From positions 39,990,001-40,054,000 of the forward strand of contig OZ024754.1 of assembly GCA_964016885.1 (NCBI GenBank): a stretch of DNA of 64,000 nt, in the 5' to 3' direction. Each line of letters begins with the position of its first letter. Positions within the stretch are counted from its first letter, which is position 1. Shown here piece by piece: positions 1 to 16,924 of the stretch. The notes under the pieces are model-generated. The model saw only the letters and a list, made by a program, of their open reading frames with translations, was not told the DNA's origin and did no database searches. The stretch is from Eledone cirrhosa (lineage: Eukaryota). A program made the position numbers and the translations under genes.

Positions 1-70
1 CCGTAAGGATGAAAGGCAAAGTCGACCTCGGCGGGATTTGAACTCAGATCGTAAAGGGACGTGTATGTGT

Positions 71-293
71 AATAATGTTTTCTACTAAAGACACAAGGCC
101 AGCAATTTTGAAGGGGAGGGGAAAGTCAATTAAATCAACCCCAGTGCATTACTGGTACTTTATTTTATTTACCCTGTAAGGATGAAAGGCAAAGTTAACC
201 TCGGCGGGATTTGAACTCAGATCATGAAGGGCCATAACTCTATGCTGCAAAGCATGGTGTCTGACGCCCTACCGATACTGTCAATCCACCACC
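71..293 (-). mobile_element. tRNA-derived SINE with Meta/MESC-like domain (family A); partial copies at 1-62 and 306-382
   Basis: B-box gagttcaaatcc; gcctttcatccttac.gggt..ataaaataaagtaccag core; tail ggccttgtg...gaaa.att. Confidence 0.85.
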
Positions 294-437
294 CTATGTA
301 TGTGTAATAATTGTTTCTACTATTGGCACAAGGCCAGAAATTACCCAGTGTATTACTGGTACTTTATTTTATCGACCCTGTAATAATGGGAGGATGTGGG
401 AACTTGTGAGTGAGCGTATGTATAGTTGTGTGTGTCT

Positions 438-511
<74 letters not shown>

Positions 512-774
512 CATTAGTGTATGGTAGAGTGTGAGTGATTTTGTCATGTGGATGTATATACTTTGGGGTCTCAAATAATTGTCCTCATACACCCCATTTA
601 TTAATTCTTCAGATTTTTTCCAACCCTCGTGCTGATGAAATTGTGCTAATCTACCTCTGGCAAAATTTTATTTTAAGATGTAGCATTCCTGCAACAATTT
701 TCTTTAGACATTTAAAAAAAAACATTACACATGACAAAAAAAAAAAAGAAGAAAAAGAACATTACAAGAATTCC

Positions 775-1240
775 CATCATCATCAGGTTTAGCGTCCGTG
801 TTCCACGCTTGCATGGGTTTGGACGGGGGTTTTCCCACTTGAGGCAAGAGTGGTTGTCTTGCTCGCATAGGACTGTCTGGCAGGTTTTCTACAGCTGGAT
901 GCCCTTCCTAACACCAACCACATTTACAGTGTGGGGCTGGGAGGTTTTTACCGTGTTGCCTACACGGCCACATTACAGCGTGGACTGTCTGGCGGGTTTT
1001 CTACAGCTGGATGCCCTTCCTAACACCAACCACATTTACAGTGTGGGGCTGGGAGGTTTTTACCGTGTTGCCTACACGGCCACATTACAGCGTGGACTGT
1101 CTGGCGGGTTTTCTACAGCTGGATGCCCTTCCTAACACCAACCACATTTACAGTGTGGGGCTGGGAGGTTTTTACCGTGTTGCCTACACGGCCACATTTA
1201 CAGCGTGGACTGTGTGTTTTTTTGTCGTGACACCTACACG
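775..1240 (-). mobile_element. Nin-domain-like retroposon 3' part with an internal ~120-bp tandem triplication
   Basis: Three copies of ctacagctggatgcccttcctaacaccaaccac; (CAT)n tail at ~775. Confidence 0.8.
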
Positions 1241-1489
1241 ATCTCATTTGTTTCGGCCTGGATGTTGTGGGACCAACATATGTTACAAAATAAACAGGAT
1301 GGGTTGGGATCTCAATATGTAAACTAAACGACTAATTCTGGTTTTTATAAAATAAATCAATGGAGACAACCTAAAAAAATTACTGATTTCCCAGCATGTG
1401 TGGTTTGAATTTATTTTCAGTGTGTGCTTTATATATAGTTGCTAATGGAAAAGCAGACATTTTATATATATATATATATGTATATATAC

Positions 1490-1526
<37 letters not shown>

Positions 1527-1639
1527 GCTGCTTTTCCATTGGCAACTATATATAAAGCACACACATCTGTGTATGTATACATTTATGTGTGTGTATGTGT
1601 ATGTGTGTGCATGGTCACGATTTAACACCTGTTTTTTTC

Positions 1640-1900
1640 CTTGCTAGCAAATTGTGTGTATGTGTGTATATATATATGCGTGTGTATATGTGTGTGTGTG
1701 TATATATATATGTATGTGTGTGTATATATATATGCGTGTGTATATATGTGTGTGTATATATATATATATGTGTGTGTGTGTGTTTATATATATATGTGTG
1801 TATATATTTGTGTGTGTGTGTATATATATATATATATGTGTGTGTGTATATATATATATGTGTGTGTGTGTATATATATATATATATGTGTGTGTGTGTA
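1640..1900. repeat. (TG/TA)n compound microsatellite (similar tracts at 428-510, 4000-4515, 10225-10735, 39707-39830)
   Basis: Seen directly. Confidence 0.95.
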
Positions 1901-2244
1901 TCCAACTGTATTTACGTTAGTGATTGTGTTCCCTAATTTAGCAGTTTACAGAATGAGGTCAATAAAATAAGCAATAGACTGAAAAAAAAAATAGAGGGGT
2001 CGATATGATGAACTAAATCAAGGTGGTGCTCTAGCATGGCCGTAATCTAAAGACTGGAAACAGTAAAAGAAAATAAAAGAATACGTGTGTGTGTATAGTG
2101 TGAGAGGTGGAGAACATTAAATAAAATTTAGTCGTTTTTCATTGAGTTTTTCTTATAGTTTTTCTTGAAAACAGAAAGTTATGTGACAGACAAATACAAA
2201 TGGTTTGTGAAAACATTATCTGATGTTAAAGAAAAGTGAAACAG

Positions 2245-2279
2245 ATGAGAGAGAGAGGGATGTTGGAGGTGAGGGAGAG

Positions 2280-2368
<89 letters not shown>

Positions 2369-2585
2369 GTAGGGAAAGGTGAAAGAAAGAGAGAATGAGA
2401 GAGAAGAGAGAAAGACAGGAGACAGAGATAAGAGAGAAAGAGAGGAGATAAGAGAAAGAGAGGAGAGAAGAGGAGAAAAGAGACAGAGTGAGAGAGATAG
2501 GGAGAGGTTAAAGAAAGAGGAGAGAGAGAGAAAGAGGGAGAAAGACAGGCGAGAAGAGGAGAAAGGAGACATAGTGAGAAGGAGA
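2245..2585. repeat. (GA)n and purine-rich low-complexity tract
   Basis: Seen directly. Confidence 0.95.
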
Positions 2586-2943
2586 TATCATTATATAGAT
2601 TTTGAACATAATGTAAAGCTAATAAAATACAAGAACAACCTGAAAGAAAGAAAGAAACAAACAAAAAACGTGTCTAATGTTTCATTGTTAGATAAATGAG
2701 ATGTTTGTAGTTGGTGTTCCATAGAACTGTCTTAACAAAATTACTATAAAGATTTCTTTACATCTTAAAATCTCTCTGAGTCTGGCAGAAACAGTAGGAG
2801 GGTGGGAAAGGGAGGTGTCTAAGCTTGTAACCCTTTCCTTACCATATTTCCAATAAAATACAGTCTATGTTGTTTCAATTTATTTTGATAAAAAGTTTTT
2901 AAAAATTGGAAGAATTTAATAAAATAACTGATTTTTTTTTCAC

Positions 2944-3171
2944 TTAACCCTTTAGCATTTACATTACTCTATATATTATTGTATTTTTGTGGTGAAGTCT
3001 TTACCTCACATAATATCAAATCTATGAGATTTTGATGCTATTTATTTTGAGAACAATACCTTAACATAACTACCTTAACATAACTATGAGTGACTAGTTA
3101 CAGCTGGTTTCAACAGAAAGAGGTGAGAGAATTCTGGCTGTACACAGCCGGTTTAAATGCTAAAGGGTTAA
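2944..3171. mobile_element. piggyBac-like MITE (TTAA-CCCTTTAGCATT termini)
   Basis: TIR ccctttagcattt/aaatgctaaaggg with TTAA on both sides. Other copies: 5656-6013, 35582-36789, 43112-43387, 48895-49105, 56241-56469, 60004-60182, 60312-60581. Confidence 0.85.
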
Positions 3172-3474
3172 ACTGATATTTGGAATATAAAATAAAATTA
3201 TAATGGAAGTACAAATATTAAGTACAAATATTTTAAAACGGGGAGTTTTGTATGATAAAACTAGGACAGTTTTGGAAGAGTTAATATCAAAGGGGTTAAA
3301 CTGATAGACATTATCATAGCCAAATGTTGATAGTCCTTGGCACGGGGAACTTGCAAGACTTCCAAACTCCCAAAGTCTGCTGTTTCTTCTGTAATGCTTG
3401 ATGGAGTCATAGGGGCATTGTCCTGACACACAGCATGGCTTGGCCCTTTTAAACATGGTGTATCATGCCAATGT

Positions 3475-3677
3475 GTTTAGGGAGCCAGCATACACTCCTT
3501 AAACGTTTAGGGAACTAGCACACACTCCTTAAACGTTTAGGGAACTAGCACACACTCCTTAAACGTTTAGGGAGCTAGTACACACTCCTTAAACGTTTAG
3601 GGAACTAGCACACACTCCTTAAACGTTTAGGGAACTAGCACACACTCTTTAAACGTTTAGGGAGCTAGTACACACTC
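3475..3677 (+). repeat. 30-bp tandem array (~7 copies)
   Basis: Unit tttagggaactagcacacactccttaaacg. Confidence 0.93.
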
Positions 3678-4371
3678 AAAAATTGTTTGCCATAACCAAT
3701 CCTGCACAGTGTACTTAGATCTCACTATCCTAGTCAAATGTATAAACTAATAGGTACCATGAGGAAGTATAACTGTATCACAGCTGTGTCACAACTGACA
3801 GATGATATATTCTTCAGAAGTGTTGACATCTAAACCTCCCATGTCTGCCTACCCCTTTAGAGAGAGAGAGAGAGAGGTGGATAGAAATAATGACTGCTTT
3901 ACTATAATTAAACACAGAGAGACAGCTATAGACACATTATAGTGGGTTTCAGGGACAGAATACTTAACCTAGAGTGGTCCATGTAAAATGTCAGATGTAC
4001 AAACACACACACCCAGAGGCACGCAGGCACCCATACACATACATAACGCAGGCACACACACACACAGAGGCATACAGGCACCCATACACACACACAGAGG
4101 CACACATACACATACATAACACAGGCACACAGGCACACACACACAGAGGCACACAGAGACACCCATACACATACAGAGACACCTATACACAGAGACACCC
4201 ATACACACACACAGAGACAGTCACACACACACACACATACACACACAGAGGCAGTCACACACACACACACAGAGACAGTCACACATGCACATAGACAGTC
4301 ACACACACACACATAGACAGTCACACACACATAGACAGTCACACACACACACACACACACTCAGAGCAGGT

Positions 4372-4403
<32 letters not shown>

Positions 4404-4912
4404 ATCACACACAGACAGTCACACACACACAGACACATAGACAGTCACACACAAACAGAGACAGACACAGACACACACACACACACAAACATAGAGACAG
4501 ACACACACACACATATAACCTTCACCATCCACCCTCACCTTTCACTGAATCTATCTGCAATCTTTAAGTTTCTCACACTAACCTACATCTCCTCCCCCAC
4601 TACATCTACATAGCCCCCTCCTCCCCTTCACCCCCACTACATCTACATAACCCCCCCTCCCCCACTACATCTACATAACCCTCTCCTCCCCTACTACATC
4701 TACATAACCCCCCCCCGTCTCCTCCTCCCCTCACCCCCACTACATCTACATAACCCCCTCCTCCCCACATCTACATAACCCCCTCCTCCCCTTCACCCCC
4801 CACTACATCTACATAAACCCTTTCCCCACTGCCCCCCCCCAACCCCCCACTTCCTGTCTGCTCCACTCCAAGTTCCCTCTCCCCTTTACCTTCAAATACT
4901 TACGGGGGGGGG

Positions 4913-4945
<33 letters not shown>

Positions 4946-6723
4946 CTACCCCCACCCCCTCTTCGCTTATTAATTTTTTCAGATTTTTCCACCACAAAAA
5001 AAAAAAAAAATCAAGGAGACAAATTAGACAAATTACCGATTTTCCACCCCACCTCCACTCCTATTGTTTGGGACCTAAGAGTACACACACACACTGACTG
5101 TCATTGTCTACAAGTGAGTTGAAGAACTTGTTCAACAATATCCTGACTACAATAGACAGACGTTGGTGGCGGGGAGAAGAGAAAGAGGGGGGGGGGGGTG
5201 ACAATAGAATCAGTGAAAACAAACATGGACGAGGGTGGGGGAAGCCTCTGACACAAACACACACATATAGATATAACTGCATATACACATACATAGGGAA
5301 AACCACACAAGTCACATACATAGGGAGAGCCACACAGTCACACATACATAACTAGAACCATATACACAAAAGGACAGAAAAACACATACATATACAGACA
5401 GAAGTACACACACACACACACACACAGAGAACAAAAGCTACAAAAACAACAATACAAAAGGTGTGATAAATCTTAAAACAGACATAAACCTTTCACATAA
5501 AGTTCTTTCTTTTGAATGATTAAAAATTAGTTCAACCATTTCATCGCCATATTTCTAATAAAAGATACCTCTGATTTCCAAATCATTTTGAAAATAATCA
5601 TGTACTTGGAAGTAATATACAGTAAATTTCTTAGTATTGAGTTGATGTTTAGAGCTTAACCCTTTAGCATTCACATTACTCTATATATACTTTAGGAAGG
5701 GCATCCAGCCGTAGAAAACCTGCCAGACAGTCCTATACGAGCGTGACGACCAATCTTGCCTCAAGTGGGTCAATTCCTGTCTAAACCCATGCTAGTGTGG
5801 AAGATAGACGTTAAACAATGATGATGATGATGCTATTGTATTTTCATGGTAAAGGCTTTATCTCACTTAATATCGAATGTATGAGATTTTGAAAGTATTT
5901 ATTTTGAGAACAATACCGTAACATCAGTTTGAGCGACCAGTTACAGCCAGTTTCAACAGAAAGAGGTAGAGAATTCTGGCTGGCTTTGGCCGGTTTGAAC
6001 ATTAAAGGTTTAAATTGAAGGTTCTTACATAAGGTTTGTACATGAAATTATGACGGTAGGTTGTTTAGATAAATATACACAATTTAGTATCATCATCATC
6101 ATCGTTTAACGTCCACCCTCCACGCTAGCATGGGTTTAGACGGGTCAATAAAATCAAAAGCAGTTTCTGATGGTTTAATATCAAAAAGATTAAGTTGGTA
6201 TTTGAAACTTAACAAAAGGTTTCAACATAAGATTATGATGGAAGAAGGTCTTTAGGTGAATATAAACAGCTTAGTATAATAGAACCAGGGATAATTTCAG
6301 GCAGTTTGGTATCAAATTGGTTAATAATTATTTTCTACTTTTTGGCACAAGGCCAGCAATTACCCCAGTGCATTACTGGTGCTTTATTTTATCGACCCTG
6401 TAAGGATGAAAGGCAAAGTTAACCTCAGTTTTTCATCAGCGAGAAAGAGGATAATTGTGAGCAACTGTTTCACAATCATAAGCTTCTATACCCAGATTAT
6501 AAATTCATCTTTGAATTGAACGCCTGTCAGTTTTAACGCTGAATATTCTGGTTGTTTGATCAACAGGACTGCCTGCTCATTGAAATTAACATGTAAGTGG
6601 CAAACATTTCACAGACACATGAACCCACGACATAATTCCCAAGGAGATGCAGTGTAGGACTGGCCTTTTGAATTACATGTACAGTCCATCCCATGGGCTT
6701 CCAATAACAACACACACACATGT

Positions 6724-6972
6724 GAAGGTACATGGCTTAGTGGTTAGAGCATTGGGCTTGCAATCAAAAGGTTGTGAGTTCAATTCTCGGACTGGGTGAT
6801 GTGTTGTTTCCTTGAGCAAGACACTTTATTTCACGTTGCTCCTGTTTACTCAGCTGTAGAAATGAGATGATAGGACTGGGGTTCCTATCATTAAATCCCC
6901 CAAGACACCCCCAACGAGATATACCTTGGAGGAGGCCAGCTAAACCAGCATAGGTGTGATCTGTCACACACA
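6724..6972 (+). mobile_element. tRNA-CORE SINE with the family B head but a different (CA)n-ending tail
   Basis: Head matches 58329-58495; tail matches 46131-46222(-). Confidence 0.8.
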
Positions 6973-7156
6973 ATCAGGTTCTGCTCCTAGTTCCACTCAT
7001 AAAGCATGAGTCAAGTTATGGCTATGGTAAATGACATTTGCCCAAGATGCCACACAATAGAATCAAACCCAGAACCTAATGATTGCAAAGTAAACTTCTT
7101 GATCACTCAGCTTTATAACAGTAATCATTGGTGAACTTGACCTAAGTGATAATTTC

Positions 7157-9957
7157 ACTATCAGGCTGTGTCCCCATCAGTGCTTTGGAAAGCACAATCA
7201 ATCACTAATAACAGGGGGCACAAGCTCTCCTATTCTGATTTGCTGGCCACTGCCATCATGTCACCTATGAGGCTGTGTCCCCATCAGTGCTTTGGAAACC
7301 ACAAGCAGTCACTAATAACAGGGGGCACAAGCTCTCCTATCCTGATTTGCTGGCCACTCCCATCATGTCACCTATGAGGCTGTGTCCCTGTCAGTGCTTT
7401 GGAAAGCACAAGCAATCACTAATAACAGGGGACACAAGCTCTCCTATCCTGATTTGCTGGCCACTCCCATCATGTCACCTATGAGGCTGTGTCCCCATCA
7501 GTGCTTTGGAAAGCACAAGCAATCACTAATAACAGGGGACACAAGCTCTCCTATCCTGATTTGCTGGCCACTGCCATCATGTCACCTATGAGGCTGTGTC
7601 CCTGTCAGTGCTTTGGAAAGCACAAGCAGTCACTAATAACAGGGGACACAAGCTCTCCTATCCTGATTTGCTGGCCACTCCCATCATGTCACCTATGAGG
7701 CTGTGTCCCTGTCAGTGCTTTGGAAAGCACAAGCAGTCACTAATAACAGGGGACACAAGCTCTCCTATCCTGATTTGCTGGCCACTCCCATCATGTCACC
7801 TATCAGGCTGTGTCCCCATCAGTGCTTTGGAAAGCACAAGCAATCACTAATAACAGGGGACACAAGCTCTCCTATCCTGATTTGCTGGCCACTCCCATCA
7901 TGTCACCTATGAGGCTGTGTCCCCATCAGTGCTTTGGAAAGCACAAGCAATCACTAATAACAGGGGACACAAGCTCTCCTATCCTGATTTGCTGGCCACT
8001 CCCATCATGTCACCTATGAGGCTGTGTCCCCATCAGTGCTTTGGAAAGCACAAGCAATCACTAATAACAGGGGACACAAGCTCTCCTATCCTGATTTGCT
8101 GGCCACTCCCATCATGTCACCTATCAGGCTGTGTCCCCATCAGTGCTTTGGAAAGCACAAGCAATCACTAATAACAGGGGGCACAAGCTCTCCTATCCTG
8201 ATTTGCTGGCCACTCCCATCATGTCACCTATCAGGCTGTGTCCCCATCAGTGCTTTGGAAAGCACAAGCAATCACTAATAACAGGGGGCACAAGCTCTCC
8301 TATCCTGATTTGCTGGCCACTCCCATCATGTCACCTATCAGGCTGTGTCCCCATCAGTGCTTTGGAAAGCACAAGCAATCACTAATAACAGGGGGCACAA
8401 GCTCTCCTATCCTGATTTGCTGGCCACTCCCATCATGTCACCTATCAGGCTGTGTCCCCATCAGTGCTTTGGAAAGCACAAGCAATCACTAATAACAGGG
8501 GACACAAGCTCTCCTATCCTGATTTGCTGGCCACTCCCATCATGTCACCTATCAGGCTGTGTCCCCATCAGTGCTTTGGAAAGCACAAGCAATCACTAAT
8601 AACAGGGGGCACAAGCTCTCCTATCCTGATTTGCTGGCCACTGCCATCATGTCACCTATGAGGCTGTGTCCCTGTCAGTGCTTTGGAAAGCACAAGCAGT
8701 CACTAATAACAGGGGACACAAGCTCTCCTATCCTGATTTGCTGGCCACTGCCATCATGTCACCTATGAGGCTGTGTCCCTGTCAGTGCTTTGGAAAGCAC
8801 AAGCAGTCACTAATAACAGGGGACACAAGCTCTCCTATCCTGATTTGCTGGCCACTCCCATCATGTCACCTATGAGGCTGTGTCCCTGTCAGTGCTTTGG
8901 AAAGCACAAGCAGTCACTAATAACAGGGGACACAAGCTCTCCTATCCTGATTTGCTGGCCACTCCCATCATGTCACCTATCAGGCTGTGTCCCTGTCAGT
9001 GCTTTGGAAAGCACAAGCAGTCACTAATAACAGGGGACACAAGCTCTCCTATCCTGATTTGCTGGCCACTCCCATCATGTCACCTATCAGGCTGTGTCCC
9101 CATCAGTGCTTTGGAAAGCACAAGCAATCACTAATAACAGGGGGCACAAGCTCTCCTATCCTGATTTGCTGGCCACTCCCATCATGTCACCTATCAGGCT
9201 GTGTCCCCATCAGTGCTTTGGAAAGCACAAGCAATCACTAATAACAGGGGACACAAGCTCTCCTATCCTGATTTGCTGGCCACTCCCATCATGTCACCTA
9301 TGAGGCTGTGTCCCCATCAGTGCTTTGGAAAGCACAAGCAATCACTAATAACAGGGGACACAAGCTCTCCTATCCTGATTTGCTGGCCACTCCCATCATG
9401 TCACCTATGAGGCTGTGTCCCTGTCAGTGCTTTGGAAACCACAAGCAGTCACTAATAACAGGGGGCACAAGCTCTCCTATCCTGATTTGCTGGCCACTCC
9501 CATCATGTCACCTATGAGGCTGTGTCCCTGTCAGTGCTTTGGAAACCACAAGCAATCACTAATAACAGGGGGCACAAGCTCTCCTATCCTGATTTGCTGG
9601 CCACTCCCATCATGTCACCTATGAGGCTGTGTCCCCGTCAGTGCTTTGGAAAGCACAATCAATCACTAATAACAGGGGGCACAAGCTCTCCTATTCTGAT
9701 TTGCTGGCCACTCCCATCATGTCACCTATGAGGCTGTGTCCCCATCAGTGCTTTGGAAACCACAAGCAATCACTAATAACAGGGGACACAAGCTCTCCTA
9801 TCCTGATTTGCTGGCCACTCCCATCATGTCACCTATGAGGCTGTGTCCCCGTCAGTGCTTTGGAAAGCACAAGCAATCACTAATAACAGGGGGCACAAGC
9901 TCTCCTATCCTGATTTGCTGGCCACTCCCATCATGTCACCTACGAGGCTGTGTCCCC
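7157..9957 (+). repeat. 107-bp tandem minisatellite (~26 copies) derived from a LINE C-terminal coding segment
   Basis: Very homogeneous 107-bp period. The unit reads FAGHCHHVTYEAVSPSVLWKAQAITNNRGHKLSYPD and exits into the LINE 3' end with (GAT)n at ~10048-10072. Confidence 0.95.
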
Positions 9958-10223
9958 AGAGATTCTGGTATTGAAATCCAGGACTTGGCAGCAGCAATGA
10001 CCCATGTGGAGATCAATTATTGAGTCCATTTCAGCTGAGGCTGCCAGATGATGATGATGATGATGATGATGAATAAAGAAATTAACCAGCTACACAACAG
10101 ACTCCTTACAAATACAATCTATAAGAGGCATAGTGAACATTTTTCTTATCCAAATTCCAAAAATAGAATTTTGTTTCTTTGTTAGAAACCAACTCCTTTA
10201 CAGGAAGATTGAAAAAAATAAAA

Positions 10224-10258
<35 letters not shown>

Positions 10259-10535
10259 CATACATACATACACACACACATATATACATACATATACACA
10301 TGCATATAAATACACATACATACACACATATACACACACACATACATATATACACACACACATATATATATATATATATACACACGCACATATAAATACA
10401 CATACACACATATATATATAAATACAGACACACACATATATATACATACACACACAGATATATACATACACACACATATATATACATACATATACACACA
10501 CACACATAAATACACATACACACATATATATAAAT

Positions 10536-10566
<31 letters not shown>

Positions 10567-10922
10567 CATATACATACACACACAGATATATACATACACA
10601 CATACATACACACACATATATATATACATACATATACACACACACACGTGTGTATATGTATGGCTATATGTGTGTGTATGTGTAAGTATATATATATATA
10701 TATATACACATATATATAAATATATATACATATATGTAGAGGTTATATTTAATTTGTTGGGATACAACAAGCAAAATATTTTTATAACTGATATAAAGCA
10801 CTCAACAAATTAATTGGAGTAAATATACAATATATTAACAAATGGAAACTATATTTATAAAACCATATTTATTTAATTATACATATTTCAAGGGCCACCA
10901 AGGAAGATTATGGTGCGCTTTC

Positions 10923-11122
10923 NNNNNNNNNNNNNNNNNNNNNNNNNNNNNNNNNNNNNNNNNNNNNNNNNNNNNNNNNNNNNNNNNNNNNNNNNNNNNN
11001 NNNNNNNNNNNNNNNNNNNNNNNNNNNNNNNNNNNNNNNNNNNNNNNNNNNNNNNNNNNNNNNNNNNNNNNNNNNNNNNNNNNNNNNNNNNNNNNNNNNN
11101 NNNNNNNNNNNNNNNNNNNNNN
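10923..11122. other. Assembly gap (200 N)
   Basis: Run of N. Confidence 0.99.
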
Positions 11123-11271
11123 CAACCAGAAATTTATAAATTTGTAAATTTATAAATATATATTAAATTAAATTGAAGTGAAAGCAACTGGTGCGTGTGT
11201 TTCTTATTGGCAACATGACCCTCCCAAAGTATAACAATATATATATATATTTATATATTTATATATATATT

Positions 11272-11306
<35 letters not shown>

Positions 11307-11327
11307 ATTTATATATATATATATATA

Positions 11328-11492
<165 letters not shown>

Positions 11493-11493
11493 T

Positions 11494-11526
<33 letters not shown>

Positions 11527-11553
11527 TTATATTTATAAATAAATATATATATT

Positions 11554-11587
<34 letters not shown>

Positions 11588-11789
11588 TATATATTTATAT
11601 ATATAAATAAATATATATATATATATAAATAAATATATATATTTATATATATATATAAATATATATATATATATTTATATATATATATAAATATATATAT
11701 ATATATTTATATATATATATATATAAATATATATATATATATTTATATATATATATAAATATATATATATTTATATATATATATTTATT

Positions 11790-11858
<69 letters not shown>

Positions 11859-11885
11859 AAATATATATTTATATATATATATATT

Positions 11886-11918
<33 letters not shown>

Positions 11919-11921
11919 ATT

Positions 11922-11954
<33 letters not shown>

Positions 11955-11980
11955 ATTTATATATATATATATTTATATAA

Positions 11981-12012
<32 letters not shown>

Positions 12013-12015
12013 ATT

Positions 12016-12222
<207 letters not shown>

Positions 12223-12241
12223 ATATATTCATATATATATT

Positions 12242-12278
<37 letters not shown>

Positions 12279-12295
12279 ATATATTTATATATATT

Positions 12296-13298
<1,003 letters not shown>

Positions 13299-13324
13299 GA
13301 TATATATATATATATTTATATATT

Positions 13325-13363
<39 letters not shown>

Positions 13364-13619
13364 ATATAAATATGTATATTTATATATATATTTATATTTA
13401 TATATATATATATATAAATATATATATTTATATATATATATATATAAATATATATATTTATATATATATATATATAAATATATATATTTATATATGTATT
13501 TATATATATTTATATATTTATATATATATATTTATATATATATTTATATATTTATATATATATATTTATATATATATTTATATATTTATATATATATATA
13601 TATATTTATATATTTATAT

Positions 13620-13730
<111 letters not shown>

Positions 13731-13769
13731 TATATATATATATATATATAAATATATATATATATAAAT

Positions 13770-13813
<44 letters not shown>

Positions 13814-13829
13814 TTATATATATTTATAT

Positions 13830-13866
<37 letters not shown>

Positions 13867-13871
13867 TATAA

Positions 13872-13904
<33 letters not shown>

Positions 13905-14134
13905 AAATATTAAACAAATAATGAATAAACAATGAGACAGTTCCTTATATTAAACAAAAAAAGTTCATTATTTAACGATCGTTTCTAGGATATATATGTG
14001 TTAGAATTGGCATGCATATTCAACAGATCTATGTACAAAATTATACTTCTTTCCATGATATCCGGAATACATTGAGTTCTTCATACGGATTGGACACTAC
14101 CGTAAACTCTTGGTAGATTTATCTACATATATAT

Positions 14135-14341
<207 letters not shown>

Positions 14342-14350
14342 AATATATAT

Positions 14351-14383
<33 letters not shown>

Positions 14384-14414
14384 TAATATATAAATATATA
14401 TATATAAATATATA

Positions 14415-14537
<123 letters not shown>

Positions 14538-14580
14538 ATATATATATATAAATATATATATATATAAATATATATATATA

Positions 14581-14618
<38 letters not shown>

Positions 14619-14625
14619 AATATAT

Positions 14626-14729
<104 letters not shown>

Positions 14730-14812
14730 ATATATAATATATATAAATATATATACATAAATATATATATATAATATATATATATAAATATATATACATA
14801 TATATATATATT

Positions 14813-14849
<37 letters not shown>

Positions 14850-14912
14850 ATATATATATAAATATATAAAATATATATATATATATATATATAAATATAT
14901 ATATATATAAAT

Positions 14913-14982
<70 letters not shown>

Positions 14983-15024
14983 ATTTATATATATATAAAT
15001 ATATATATATAAATATATATAAAT

Positions 15025-15110
<86 letters not shown>

Positions 15111-15489
15111 ATTTATATATATATAAATATATATATATAAATATATATAAATATATATATATATATATAAATATATAATATATATATATATATAAATATA
15201 TATATAAATATATATATATATATAAATATATATATAAATATATATATAAATATAAATATATATATATATAAATTTATATATATATATATATAAATATATA
15301 TATAAATATATATATAAATATAAATATATATATATATAAATTTATATATATATATATATAAATATATATATAAATATAAATATATATATATATAAATTTA
15401 TATATATATATATAAATTTATATATATATATATAAATATATATATAAATATATATATAAATATAAATATATATATATATAAATTTATAT

Positions 15490-15542
<53 letters not shown>

Positions 15543-15750
15543 TATATATAAATATATATAAATATATATATATATATAAATATATATAAATATTGTTATA
15601 CTTTGGGAGGGTCTCCCAAAGTATAACAATATCGGTTTCAACACACGATTTCAGATAAAGAATCTTGCTAAACAAATTCAGAAACGAAATATATATAAAT
15701 ATATATATATATATATAAATATATATAAATATATATAAATATATATATAA

Positions 15751-15781
<31 letters not shown>

Positions 15782-15821
15782 AATATATATATATAAATAT
15801 ATATATATATAAATATATATA

Positions 15822-15853
<32 letters not shown>

Positions 15854-15910
15854 AATAATATATATTTATATTTATATATTTATATATATATATATATATA
15901 TTTATATATT

Positions 15911-15941
<31 letters not shown>

Positions 15942-15942
15942 T

Positions 15943-15977
<35 letters not shown>

Positions 15978-16020
15978 ATATATTTATATATTTATATATA
16001 TATATATATATTTATATATT

Positions 16021-16157
<137 letters not shown>

Positions 16158-16170
16158 TTATATATATATT

Positions 16171-16201
<31 letters not shown>

Positions 16202-16202
16202 T

Positions 16203-16285
<83 letters not shown>

Positions 16286-16317
16286 TTATATATATATATA
16301 TATTTATATATTTATAT

Positions 16318-16348
<31 letters not shown>

Positions 16349-16362
16349 AATATATATTTATC

Positions 16363-16393
<31 letters not shown>

Positions 16394-16423
16394 TTATATA
16401 TATATATATATAAATTATATATT

Positions 16424-16495
<72 letters not shown>

Positions 16496-16544
16496 AATAT
16501 ATATATTTATATATTTATATATATATATATATATATTTATATTT

Positions 16545-16607
<63 letters not shown>

Positions 16608-16608
16608 T

Positions 16609-16698
<90 letters not shown>

Positions 16699-16727
16699 AA
16701 TATATATTTATATATATATATATATAA

Positions 16728-16758
<31 letters not shown>

Positions 16759-16772
16759 GATAAATATATATT

Positions 16773-16880
<108 letters not shown>

Positions 16881-16885
16881 TAAAT

Positions 16886-16924
<39 letters not shown>

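Noticed and set aside
7157-9957. Series of 69-95 aa ORFs or CRISPR-like array
   Set aside because: Pure tandem repeat with no unique spacers; the unit is not a multiple of 3; LINE-derived.
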